From assembly GCA_964578995.1 (NCBI GenBank), contig CAZOEZ010000003.1:1-57156 (forward strand): a DNA stretch of 57,156 bases, in the 5' to 3' direction. A program made the position numbers and the translations under genes. The notes beneath the pieces are model-generated. The model did not search any database, was not told the origin of the DNA, and saw nothing but the letters and a program-made list of their open reading frames with translations. Of this stretch, positions 17,751 to 27,602 are shown in pieces. This DNA comes from an uncultured archaeon (GTDB lineage: Archaea; Thermoplasmatota; Poseidoniia; MGIII; CG-Epi1). The first letter of the stretch is position 1, and every line of letters begins with the position of its first letter.

Positions 17751-19319
17751 TCAATCTCTATATGTGTCTGGATAAAATAGAAGTAAGACTGTAATAATTT
17801 CTAAACGGCCTAGCATCATCAAGGCTGAAAGAAAAATCAAACTCGAATCTGAAAAATTATTGTAGGTTTCAGTAGGCCCAATAACACCTATTCCAGGACC
17901 TATATTGGCTAGGCATGAAAGAGAAGTGGAGATACCATCTATCAATCCCAAACTAGGTTCTAAATACAGTGTTATCAATGAACCCAGCAAAAAAAGAATA
18001 ATAAATATAAAGAAGAAAACCCCTACATTACGAAATAATCCTTCATCTAAAACTTTATCTCCTATTCTAAGTTTTATGACTGCCCGGGGATGTATAACTA
18101 GAAGCAATTCCCTTTTTAATGCCTTGAAAAGAAGCATAATTCTAACCATCTTTATTCCACCTGTTGTAGAACCAGCACACCCGCCTGTAAACATAGCTAA
18201 TAACAAAACAAAAATAGACATCTTTGGCCAGTCCATATAATTTGTTGTTGTAAATCCAGTACCTGTCAACAATGAAACTGTTTGAAATGAAGCGTTAAGA
18301 AAATGATCCATACTTTCCTCCCCAACTTTTGTTTCAAGAATTAAGTTAATAAAAATGAGCGAGAATGAAAGGAAAACAAGTGAGAAATAAAAGCGTAATT
18401 CATCATTTTCTCTCAGAACCTGAAACGAAATTCGCACCCTCTTTGAAAATGATTTAGAAAAATCAATCCAGTGACTAAATACATAATAAAGAATAACAAA
18501 ATTGATTCCTGAAATAAGCATGAAGAATGTTACAATCCCTATTGCTAAAGGACTATCATAAGAACCAATAGAATCTCTTTGAGGAGAAAAGCCACCTGTT
18601 GAGACTGTTGAAAAAGAATTGCAGATTGAATCATATAGTGGTAAATCTGCTAACAAAGTTAACAAAGTAATCTCAGCAACCGTCATCACAAAATACAGAC
18701 TCCATAAGAGGCGTGCTGTTTGCGCCATCTGAGGTTTAAGCCTAGTTATCCCAGTTCCAGGCATTTCAGCTTGAAGAACTTGAATTCCCCCTCCAAAAAG
18801 ACGTGAAAAGATAATCGTAGCTAGAACAATAATCCCCATACCTCCTAACCATTGTGTCTGTGATCTCCATAAAAGAAGAGACTTAGGAGCATCAAAGTAA
18901 CCATCATCATATTGTGTAGAATTTACAGGATTGGAGGTTTCTAGATCTAAAATTGTAGCACCAGTTGTGGACAATCCGGACATAGACTCGAAGATTGCTC
19001 CGGCAATGCCAATCTTATATGACATCAAAGACAAGTTCTCGGCTGCAACAAAAGGAAGCGCGCCAACAATCACCATAGTAATCCAAACAACGGTAACTAA
19101 CAAGAATGCTTCACGATTTCTAATATCTTCTTCGGAATGGAAATAATAATGCAGAAAACCACCCATCAACAAACACAAAGACATTGGAAAACCAAACATC
19201 CATCCAATGTCCTGAATTTGTTCACCCATAAACAAACCAACAGCTATTGGAAGAAGGAATGTTAATCCAAAAAAAGCAATAATAGTGCCTGTAAGACTCA
19301 GAATGAGTTTTATTCTCAT
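17751..19319 (-). CDS. trkH: Trk potassium uptake membrane subunit
   Basis: FESMSGLSTTGAT, WLGGMGII, STGGF, GGCAGSTTGGIK, NIGPG, GRLEI. Confidence 0.96.
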   Translation of the reverse strand: MRIKLILSLTGTIIAFFGLTFLLPIAVGLFMGEQIQDIGWMFGFPMSLCLLMGGFLHYYFHSEEDIRNREAFLLVTVVWITMVIVGALPFVAAENLSLMSYKIGIAGAIFESMSGLSTTGATILDLETSNPVNSTQYDDGYFDAPKSLLLWRSQTQWLGGMGIIVLATIIFSRLFGGGIQVLQAEMPGTGITRLKPQMAQTARLLWSLYFVMTVAEITLLTLLADLPLYDSICNSFSTVSTGGFSPQRDSIGSYDSPLAIGIVTFFMLISGINFVILYYVFSHWIDFSKSFSKRVRISFQVLRENDELRFYFSLVFLSFSLIFINLILETKVGEESMDHFLNASFQTVSLLTGTGFTTTNYMDWPKMSIFVLLLAMFTGGCAGSTTGGIKMVRIMLLFKALKRELLLVIHPRAVIKLRIGDKVLDEGLFRNVGVFFFIFIILFLLGSLITLYLEPSLGLIDGISTSLSCLANIGPGIGVIGPTETYNNFSDSSLIFLSALMMLGRLEIITVLLLFYPDTYRD

Positions 19320-19322
19320 CAA

Positions 19323-20687
19323 CTAATGGAAAAAGTTTTCCACCTCTGGAAGTTTATTTTTGAGTGTGAAAACAAGAACATGATCTTTTTCCTGAAGAAT
19401 TGATTCAGAATCAGGGAAAATAGCATCACCGTCCCTATTAATCATAGCGATTAATGTATTCTCTGGTAAATTAAGTTCGGAAAGTTTCTTTCCCGTTTTG
19501 CCATTGCTGCTTTTAATCAAGAATTCTCTAACGGAAGCATCTCCACCCTCTAATTCTTCCATTCCTTCAATCTCATCTGTCGAAGTCGCTCTATTTACAA
19601 TAGCATTGACTGTAATCCTTTTAGGATTGATTAATGTATCAATTCCTGTGTCTTGTACGACATACTCTAATTCGGTCTGATAAACCAAAGCCACAGTTCT
19701 CTTGGCTCCTTCTTTTTTTGCTAATAAACAACTAAGAACATTCAAATCCTCTCTATCTGTAGCTGCAACAAACAAATCTTCGTAACGGATACCTTCTTCC
19801 CTCAAAAAATGCCTATCCGTGGAAGATCCCACCAAAACACGGACTTCTTCGGGTAGCTGAGCACTTGCCGCTTCAGCCATCCCTCGATCTGGTTCTGCAA
19901 TGTAAATCTCAATATCCTTATAACGTCTGGATACTTGTTCAGCCAGCCTGATTGCTATACGGCTCGTACCTGCTATCATAAGACGTTTAATATTTCGTTC
20001 ATCTGTAATTTCTTTGGGAATCCCAAGCGCGTCGGATAAAAGGTCCAATTCACTATACTCACTTAATAAAATTAGAAGTCGATCGCGCGGCATAAGGACA
20101 TCGGTATCTTTTGGAATAATAACTCCTTCTTCTCTTGCTACCAGTACTATACGGCAATGAGGTGGCAAATTAATATTGGCCAAAGGTCTACCGACAGAAG
20201 GAGAACTATCACTTAATCGAACTTCGAGTATCCTAAGTTTACCAACTGAAAAATGTTCTAGCCGTGTAAGTGCAGGGCGTGATAAAATTTGCCAAATACG
20301 GTGCATCGCCAATTCATCAGGCGATACATAAGCATCGACTCCAAACAACTGTTGATTATCATAATTTTCTGGTAAAGTAGTCAATTCAGTATTGTTTACG
20401 CGTGCAATAGTACTACATCCTACTTTCTTAGCTATAGAGCAAGCTGCCAAATTGACCACATCTTTACCAGTTACTGCAACAAATAAATCTGCATTCTCCA
20501 AAGATGCCTCTTCAACCAAAAATTTAGCAGAAGCTGCATTACCTTGGAAAACCTGAGCATCGAGGGTTTGAGCCCTTTTTACAGCGGTAGAATTGGAATC
20601 AATCAAAGTCACTTCATGCCCACGAAAGACCAAGTCCCTTCCAACACGAAATCCAACTTCACCTGCACCCGCAATGAGTACTCGCAT
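19323..20687 (-). CDS. trkA: Trk potassium uptake regulatory subunit
   Basis: IAGAGEVG, two RCK-N/RCK-C pairs, directly upstream of trkH. Confidence 0.95.
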   Translation of the reverse strand: MRVLIAGAGEVGFRVGRDLVFRGHEVTLIDSNSTAVKRAQTLDAQVFQGNAASAKFLVEEASLENADLFVAVTGKDVVNLAACSIAKKVGCSTIARVNNTELTTLPENYDNQQLFGVDAYVSPDELAMHRIWQILSRPALTRLEHFSVGKLRILEVRLSDSSPSVGRPLANINLPPHCRIVLVAREEGVIIPKDTDVLMPRDRLLILLSEYSELDLLSDALGIPKEITDERNIKRLMIAGTSRIAIRLAEQVSRRYKDIEIYIAEPDRGMAEAASAQLPEEVRVLVGSSTDRHFLREEGIRYEDLFVAATDREDLNVLSCLLAKKEGAKRTVALVYQTELEYVVQDTGIDTLINPKRITVNAIVNRATSTDEIEGMEELEGGDASVREFLIKSSNGKTGKKLSELNLPENTLIAMINRDGDAIFPDSESILQEKDHVLVFTLKNKLPEVENFFH

Positions 20688-20732
20688 CGTTGCCTTTCAC
20701 AGGAGGGGTTTTTTAAAAGCTCTCGTAGCTAT

Positions 20733-21662
20733 TTAGGATTCGTTTTTAACTTCTAATTGTTTCAATCCATACGAAGTTGCGATCCCACCCATAAAAAATA
20801 TGAATGTTAGAATAATAGAAACTAGTGCAAAATCATCAAAAACTTGACTAAGACCAATATTCGGAGATAACCCCTCTACATCATAGTCTGTTTTCCAGGG
20901 CCATAATGTAATCAAAGAACCACACATTAATCCTGCTAAAATTGCCATAGTATTATCAATATATTCAGAAATCATGTATTGCATAAATGGGACAAACGTA
21001 AACAAACCAATTATACCACCCAAAATAAGGTACATAAGAGGTTCTAGACTGCCACCATGAAACGAACTAGCAATCGAATGGTACTGTCCAAGAGTTAAAA
21101 GAACTAAGGCTCCACTTACGCCAGGCAATAACATAGCTGTAAGGGCAAAAACACCGCCAACGATCAACAAAACATTACTGTCGTCAGATGATTCTAAAGA
21201 AAAACTAGTGTAAATGAAAACTACCAATACCCCTATTACTGCCAAAAGGTAGTGTTTGAAATCAGGTTCGGAAACCAAATTCCATGGCTCTTTTATACTA
21301 AAAAGTACTAAACCAAAAAAGAAAGCGAAAATATAAGGTCCTGTCGTATCCTGGCGCAAAAAACCTGGTGAATCCTCGGGACCTATCAAAATTTTGGTCA
21401 CGATATAATAAGAACATAACATACCACAACCCAATGGAAAAAGAAAGTTAAAAGCAGAAAAAAAACTTGGCGTGGACTTTGATGGAAACTTATCTTTGAG
21501 ATAGACCAAACAAGTTGAAATTGAACTTATCAGTCTCTGATATATTCCAATTATAAGTGCAATAGTACCACCACTTACTCCCGGGACTGCATCAGCTGTA
21601 CCCATTAATAATCCAAAACCAAAGATATTTGGCCAAGCACGGGTTTCACTTTTTTCACTCAT
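20733..21662 (-). CDS. DUF368 family membrane protein (polyprenyl-phosphate translocase family)
   Basis: MGTADAVPGVSGGTIA and second repeat AMLLPGVSGA. Confidence 0.92.
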   Translation of the reverse strand: MSEKSETRAWPNIFGFGLLMGTADAVPGVSGGTIALIIGIYQRLISSISTCLVYLKDKFPSKSTPSFFSAFNFLFPLGCGMLCSYYIVTKILIGPEDSPGFLRQDTTGPYIFAFFFGLVLFSIKEPWNLVSEPDFKHYLLAVIGVLVVFIYTSFSLESSDDSNVLLIVGGVFALTAMLLPGVSGALVLLTLGQYHSIASSFHGGSLEPLMYLILGGIIGLFTFVPFMQYMISEYIDNTMAILAGLMCGSLITLWPWKTDYDVEGLSPNIGLSQVFDDFALVSIILTFIFFMGGIATSYGLKQLEVKNES

Positions 21663-22371
21663 TTTTATCTCCATAATAATCTAACTTAGATGCGATTGCT
21701 ACTTTAGCAGCTAATTTTCGCGAAGTACGGCCTTTATCTTTTCCATTAGCCTTCTTGACATTGGGGTGCTGATAAAGGACACCATGTTTTGGAGGTGGAC
21801 TACCGTCGACCATATGCCTGAAAAGTGCTTTTTCAGCTCCGAGTAACTGAATAGTGGATGCAGGCATACGGGCCAATTTCGAAAGGTCGCCGGCTAATGA
21901 CACTATTCTAACTGCTAACTGCGTTCCGAGTATAGCTGCCAGATTTGGAAAAACCTTAGGAGATTCAGAATCTAAATAACTAGATAATTCTGAAATAAAA
22001 TCTTTAGTAGAGAGAATAAAGTCCTTTAAAGATGACATTTGAGAAGGTAAATCTGTCTTTTGTAAAATCTTTTCTAATTTGGAGCGAGGGGCCCCTGTTA
22101 ATTGGGAATACCAAGTTGTAAATCTTTCCGACATTAGATTAAAGGTAGTATGTGCATCATCCAATGCTTCTATTGATTGAATAAGATTTTTGTCTGGAGT
22201 TAAACTCTTTTGGATAGCATTTTTAGCCTGAATTATACTAGCTTCTCTTATCTTGGCCAAGGGTATGTCTTTAAAATTGAAATCGCGACCTTTAGAACCA
22301 CTATATTCTTCTAAAACTTGAGATAAGCGAAGTGAATCCTTCTCTTGGCCAGAAAAAGAATTAGTTGCCAA
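21655..22371 (-). CDS. nop5: Nop5/Nop56 box C/D RNP protein (short form)
   Basis: LARMPASTIQLLGAEKALFRH..PPKHG..RKLAAKVAIASKLD. Confidence 0.92.
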   Translation of the reverse strand: MATNSFSGQEKDSLRLSQVLEEYSGSKGRDFNFKDIPLAKIREASIIQAKNAIQKSLTPDKNLIQSIEALDDAHTTFNLMSERFTTWYSQLTGAPRSKLEKILQKTDLPSQMSSLKDFILSTKDFISELSSYLDSESPKVFPNLAAILGTQLAVRIVSLAGDLSKLARMPASTIQLLGAEKALFRHMVDGSPPPKHGVLYQHPNVKKANGKDKGRTSRKLAAKVAIASKLDYYGDKNE

Positions 22372-22391
22372 GACGACACCTACAAAACAAA

Positions 22392-25325
22392 CTATCTTCT
22401 TCTAATGAGCCTCGATAAGAGTGATACAATCAAAATCACTGATATGAAACTTGGTGCTGGAAGTAAGCCATCTTCTTCTTCATCTATAGGTTCAACAATA
22501 ACTAAATCTGATTTTAGAACTGAGAAAGGTAGTGATACTTTTGTAGTTTTTGAAGCGTCTGTACTCAATGTAACATTGAGCATCCCTGAAGTTTCAGTTG
22601 CTGCCTGCATTATTGGTGGTTTAACTTCGATGATGATTTCCTCATAACTTCCAGGTTCTAAACGTATCGTATCTGAAGCTAAAGTAAACCAAGACGCACG
22701 TTTGCCTTCCATCGTTAAACTCAACTTTTCAATAGTGTTGCCATTATTGGAAAGCCTCACTGTAAACTTACCAATCGTACCTGCTGTAACATCTCCTGCA
22801 GTCATTTTAAGTTCAACATCAATATCTGCTTTTTCCTCTACATAAACAACAAAATCAAGATCGATTGTTTCGCCAGACTGGTCAGAAGAGACTATAGCTT
22901 CAATCATGTTCTCACCGCCATAAACACTAGCGGGGACATCTATATTGAGATACACTGTCTTAGATTGGGAGGGTTCTAAAGTAAATGATGATTGCGAAAA
23001 AGAGGCAAGCCAACCTGCTGGTGCTAATGGAGAAGGTAAACTAACATAGTCTATAGCATTTCCTTCGTTAGTAACTACTATCTGGAAAGGAATTGTTTCA
23101 CCAGAGGCCCCATCTTTTCTATCCGATGGAATCTCAACAGACAAATCATATACTGGATTTGTATAGACCGTAAAAGTATCAAAATGAGACTCTTTACTAT
23201 TTAGACCTGAAACAGCCTCTAAGTGTAAGAAAATACCATTACCTGTATTTGCAGCTTCATTTGAATTAGTGGTTATCTCCAGAATAAATGATGACGTTTG
23301 TCCTTTGCCAACAGATATTTTTGAGGAGCAAACTTGATTTACTAAAATACAAGTATCCCAGCCCTCAGGTAAACCTGTAATTTCAAGGTTAATGTCATCT
23401 TCTATATTGGCATTATTAGTTATGTCTACATTGAAAATATGCATTTCACCAGGTCCTGCAAAGGATTCAATTTCAACAACATCTATACTAAATTCAGCGT
23501 AATACTCAACTTTGACTGAAATCATAATTTCTGTGAGTTTGTAGCCATCCTCATCAAGTATAACATCAACTGTGAAATTTACATAACCTGGATTTGCATC
23601 ATCTGCTACATTGAAATAAACTGTAAATGATTCTTCACCCCCGTATGGCTCTAAATCATCTGTTTGGTGTGGAAATCCATCAAAAGTCCAACCAGACGGT
23701 AGTTCATCTGATTCAAATGTATAGGATTGATAACTATTTCCAAGATTTGTTATTACAATATCAATAGTTGAACCATCGCCAGGGTTCAGAACATAGCCTG
23801 ATTCCCAAGACACATGACGATTTAACACTTTATCGACTGATGTAAGTGTTGAAACACTATCTGTAGCTGCTGAATCTGAGACAGAAGAAGCCACAACACC
23901 CATTTCTGCAGATTCAGTATTTCTGGCTGACTGCGGAACTTCAATGTATAACTCTATATCAAAAAAATCGCCATCCTCTAAATCCGATATCTCATATGTA
24001 CTCAAACTAACGCCCCAAGCACTGCAATCATCACATCGAACGATAGCAAGTGTAAAGTCATCAGGATCCGTTCCCGTATTTTCAAGACTGACTGTATATG
24101 TGACAACTGTACCTGGATCTCCGCCCCTCTCATCTTGATCAACTGTCAAACTCAAATCTCTTACTGGTATTCTAACGGAGGTATTCATCTCAACTGAATC
24201 TCCAAACTGATCCCTATTAATGGAATGAATCTCAACAAATGACGATGACCAATCATTCTCTAAAGAATCTTCAGGACTAGTTACATTCATAGTGACTAAT
24301 GTTTCATCACCAGGGTCTAAGTCATTAATCGTGAATTGACTAAGACTAGAACCCCAACCATCACTCATTACATCGCCTAATTCTAAAGCATATGAGTCTG
24401 TCTCATCGCCTTCGTTTGTTACATAAAGATTGTATAATACTTGGCCACCTGGTATGACTTGTTTCTCAAAGGCATCCGGAAGTATATCAACCCTATAGGT
24501 TAGACCATCGTTAACTGTAGTGTTGCTCTCACAGAATCCATAAATATAATCATAGGATGATGTTTGGACACGAGCAAATGTCTCGATGACTGCATATTCA
24601 TCTTCTGCAGCTTTATCAGGGATGTTGATTTCTAAAGTAAAGATTTCGGATTCATCGGGACCTAATTCTATTGAAGAAATACTAGGAATTGCCTCCCAGT
24701 CCCAAGGTAATTGACCTATTTCTATAGCAAAGTCTTCGCTTGTTTCACCCACATTTGTGACTTCAATTGAATAAGAAATAGACTCGCCTCTGTTACCGCT
24801 TTGAGGAGGATCACGTAAGAAAATATCAACAGCATATATCATGTCTATTTCCACTACTTGCTGAATATCGGCACTTGTAGTAGATGAATTTTGTGAACGT
24901 GCTTCAACTGTAAAATCCATTGAATCACCTTCATAAACATTCTGTACTGGTGCTTGGAAAATAAATGATACAACTTCCTGAGAACCTGATACAACAAACA
25001 CCTCTACCTCTTCAGAATGAGCATCCCATCCATATTCATATTCATCATCCCAAGTAACTGAAAGATTGTATGTGTCGTCAAAAGTACCTGTATTAGAAAC
25101 TACAAACCCCATTGTCACTTCTTCATTACGAGTTGCCTCTGTAAGACCTTCATTTCCATCTCCAAACTCAATCTCAACTTCATAATCTCCCCTCGCTAAA
25201 TCACTATAATTGTTAGATAATAAATCAGAATCGTTCTCTATGCCACTATGATTTACACCGGCAATAGGTGAAATCAAAAGTAGTGCGAGTAGCGCGACTA
25301 GAATGCTATAAGCGCTCTTAGACAT
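22392..25325 (-). CDS. Large acidic surface protein with tandem Ig-like (COG1470/NPCBM-associated-like) repeats
   Basis: Signal peptide, repeated V.N.G...D....L......GW units, C-terminal LLPAPS-TM-RRR sorting-like signal. Confidence 0.85.
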   Translation of the reverse strand: MSKSAYSILVALLALLLISPIAGVNHSGIENDSDLLSNNYSDLARGDYEVEIEFGDGNEGLTEATRNEEVTMGFVVSNTGTFDDTYNLSVTWDDEYEYGWDAHSEEVEVFVVSGSQEVVSFIFQAPVQNVYEGDSMDFTVEARSQNSSTTSADIQQVVEIDMIYAVDIFLRDPPQSGNRGESISYSIEVTNVGETSEDFAIEIGQLPWDWEAIPSISSIELGPDESEIFTLEINIPDKAAEDEYAVIETFARVQTSSYDYIYGFCESNTTVNDGLTYRVDILPDAFEKQVIPGGQVLYNLYVTNEGDETDSYALELGDVMSDGWGSSLSQFTINDLDPGDETLVTMNVTSPEDSLENDWSSSFVEIHSINRDQFGDSVEMNTSVRIPVRDLSLTVDQDERGGDPGTVVTYTVSLENTGTDPDDFTLAIVRCDDCSAWGVSLSTYEISDLEDGDFFDIELYIEVPQSARNTESAEMGVVASSVSDSAATDSVSTLTSVDKVLNRHVSWESGYVLNPGDGSTIDIVITNLGNSYQSYTFESDELPSGWTFDGFPHQTDDLEPYGGEESFTVYFNVADDANPGYVNFTVDVILDEDGYKLTEIMISVKVEYYAEFSIDVVEIESFAGPGEMHIFNVDITNNANIEDDINLEITGLPEGWDTCILVNQVCSSKISVGKGQTSSFILEITTNSNEAANTGNGIFLHLEAVSGLNSKESHFDTFTVYTNPVYDLSVEIPSDRKDGASGETIPFQIVVTNEGNAIDYVSLPSPLAPAGWLASFSQSSFTLEPSQSKTVYLNIDVPASVYGGENMIEAIVSSDQSGETIDLDFVVYVEEKADIDVELKMTAGDVTAGTIGKFTVRLSNNGNTIEKLSLTMEGKRASWFTLASDTIRLEPGSYEEIIIEVKPPIMQAATETSGMLNVTLSTDASKTTKVSLPFSVLKSDLVIVEPIDEEEDGLLPAPSFISVILIVSLLSRLIRRR

Positions 25326-25359
25326 AAATTAGAGATGAAGTAGAAAGTTTATATAATTA

Positions 25360-25704
25360 TTACTTTCCGTTTTCTTCATCATTTTGGTCATTTTCTATAG
25401 ATTTAGATATTGATTTTATTTCTTTTTGCAGATTATGTACATCATCTCTAAGTTTTAACATGGATACTTCAAAAGGAGTGAAACCCTGATTAGAAAGTGC
25501 TCGTGTAGCAATAAACATACCAATAAGAATACCACCTAAAACTGCCGCCAAAGAAACAGTATATACTTGAAATGAATAAAAAATTAATAGATCACTAACG
25601 TCAAAATCAATATAACCATAATTCAAAAGCATAAGGTAGATTAAAAAGGCTAGAACTAATCCAATCGTAGCCTGATAAACAAACGGTGTCTTGGTTATAT
25701 TCAT
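25360..25704 (-). CDS. Hypothetical membrane protein
   Basis: Two TM segments and a C-terminal coiled coil. ATGA overlap with the upstream gene. Confidence 0.7.
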   Translation of the reverse strand: MNITKTPFVYQATIGLVLAFLIYLMLLNYGYIDFDVSDLLIFYSFQVYTVSLAAVLGGILIGMFIATRALSNQGFTPFEVSMLKLRDDVHNLQKEIKSISKSIENDQNDEENGK

Positions 25705-26162
25705 AATTTGAACTCTAAATGCATATTGTGTGGTAATTTCCACACTTGAGCAATTTCTTCATCATTGACATCTATTAAAACATCTGCTACCACTGATTCT
25801 TCATTATTCTCAAATAATTCACTAATGCGAAGCTTGCATGCAAACGCCCAAAAGACATTACTCAAATCGGCCTCTGCTAAGAAAGTAAAAAAACCATCAG
25901 TATCTTTTGTTAAATTATCCATGTCTGTACTAGATAGATAAATTTGATGACTAAAAACCGAATTAAGTGTGTCTCTATTTCCTGCCACATCTAAAGACAA
26001 GTTACCCATTTTTACTCTAGGTGTAGTGTAAAGATAAATCCAAGTATCTTCACCATCGGAATCAATCTGTAATGATATAATCGTTCTACTTGGCTCTGTA
26101 TCTTGACATCCTGCAAAGGCAACCATTGCGACCATTAAAGCTATTCCCAAAGCTCTATACAT
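25701..26162 (-). CDS. Hypothetical lipoprotein
   Basis: MYRALGIALMVAMVAFAGC lipobox. Confidence 0.7.
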   Translation of the reverse strand: MYRALGIALMVAMVAFAGCQDTEPSRTIISLQIDSDGEDTWIYLYTTPRVKMGNLSLDVAGNRDTLNSVFSHQIYLSSTDMDNLTKDTDGFFTFLAEADLSNVFWAFACKLRISELFENNEESVVADVLIDVNDEEIAQVWKLPHNMHLEFKL

Positions 26163-26246
26163 TATGTTATTCTAGAGAAAGGGGCTAATAAAAATAACCA
26201 TCGAACATAAGGATAGTATCAATAACTAGCCTTCGTGAGGGGAATT

Positions 26247-26693
26247 ATGCCTGCAAAAGGTTTCCAGATAATTGGCATCGAAGCGAAAAGACACCGTAAA
26301 TCCGGAGCGCAAAAACAAGTCCGAATTGATCATAATACCAATATTGTTTCTGTCAGAAAGAACAATGAAAATGAATTGATTGTTGAAACAAGATACACCG
26401 TTTCATACGGATTGTTAGGTATAGTCCAATTAGATTGTGAAATAAGATATCATGATGATGCAAAAGAAATTATTCAGAAAAGTGATGAACAGTGGCAAAA
26501 GGAACACAAATTGCCTGATAATATTGCTGAAATGATACATAATAGAGTCTTAGCTCAGGGTTCGTTTGAAGTTTTGAATATAGCCAAGAAAATGAATTTA
26601 CCCCCTCCATTCAAAGTAGAAATCCCACAAATAAAAATTGGTAAGAAAGGTGAGATAGCCAATAATAAAAACAGTGGACCTGAAATAGCATAA
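26247..26693 (+). CDS. Conserved archaeal hypothetical protein (possibly SecB-like fold)
   Basis: Four beta strands, two helices, LPPP tail, upstream GAGGGG. Fold guessed from the pattern only. Confidence 0.65.
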   Translation: MPAKGFQIIGIEAKRHRKSGAQKQVRIDHNTNIVSVRKNNENELIVETRYTVSYGLLGIVQLDCEIRYHDDAKEIIQKSDEQWQKEHKLPDNIAEMIHNRVLAQGSFEVLNIAKKMNLPPPFKVEIPQIKIGKKGEIANNKNSGPEIA

Positions 26694-26695
26694 TA

Positions 26696-27586
26696 ATGGT
26701 AAAAATTGAGTTTGAATGCCCCATTTGTAATAAGAAAAATAGTTTGATATTAATGGGGGATGAAAGCGGAGAATTTAACAAAAAATGTAAAGCGTGTGAG
26801 GCAGATTTGGAAGTCAATAATAAAACCAATAAAATAGAAGTTAAAACACAATTACCAAAAAATGTAGTAAAAAATACAGTGAAAGATAACCGAATTCCCT
26901 CTGATTACAAAAAATATAAGAATGATAATTCTCAACAAAAAATCGTAAAGATTATTGCAATAATGATACTATGTTCGGCTTTCATGGGACTTATAACGGG
27001 ATGGGGGCTACTAAATTTTTTTGAAGCAGATTATGGGGGATATAGTAATATCAAAATAGAAATTGTTGTGAAAAATAGCACTGCTGATTTAGATAATGCA
27101 ATAATAATTCTTGACAAAAAAGAAATGGATTATACATACGCAGGGAATGGAACATATAACATTCTTTCAAAACCAGGTAAGCATTCTGTTAAAGTGATTT
27201 CTCCGGCACACAAAAATGCAACAATGGACATATTCATTCCACCACAAGATGACAATTTAAGTTTGGTAGATATTGAACAAGGAATAGATGGCGTAAATAG
27301 GTTCACTTTTGAAATGGTGGAAGGCAAAGGAACAATCGATTTAGAAGACCCACTGTATCTCAAGATGGAAACGTGGTGTCCAAATCTAATTTTTATTTTT
27401 TCCCTAATTGGCCTATGGGGGGCTTGGGCGGCATACACTCTACAATCATATAATAATGCACAAATTGGAGCGTTCTTTTCGGTATTGGCAATGGGATTTT
27501 TCATTATAGGACCTATATTAGGGATTATAGCCTTATTTTACCTTAAAAAATACAAGTTTTTGTTCACCGCTTCTTTTAAAAACTAG
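26696..27586 (+). CDS. Zn-ribbon membrane protein, paralog of 6991..8196
   Basis: CPIC..CKAC, TM, beta-sandwich (GNGTYNI..PGKHSVKV), similar C-terminal TM block. Confidence 0.7.
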   Translation: MVKIEFECPICNKKNSLILMGDESGEFNKKCKACEADLEVNNKTNKIEVKTQLPKNVVKNTVKDNRIPSDYKKYKNDNSQQKIVKIIAIMILCSAFMGLITGWGLLNFFEADYGGYSNIKIEIVVKNSTADLDNAIIILDKKEMDYTYAGNGTYNILSKPGKHSVKVISPAHKNATMDIFIPPQDDNLSLVDIEQGIDGVNRFTFEMVEGKGTIDLEDPLYLKMETWCPNLIFIFSLIGLWGAWAAYTLQSYNNAQIGAFFSVLAMGFFIIGPILGIIALFYLKKYKFLFTASFKN

Positions 27587-27602
27587 AACCATGCGCTAAA
27601 TT

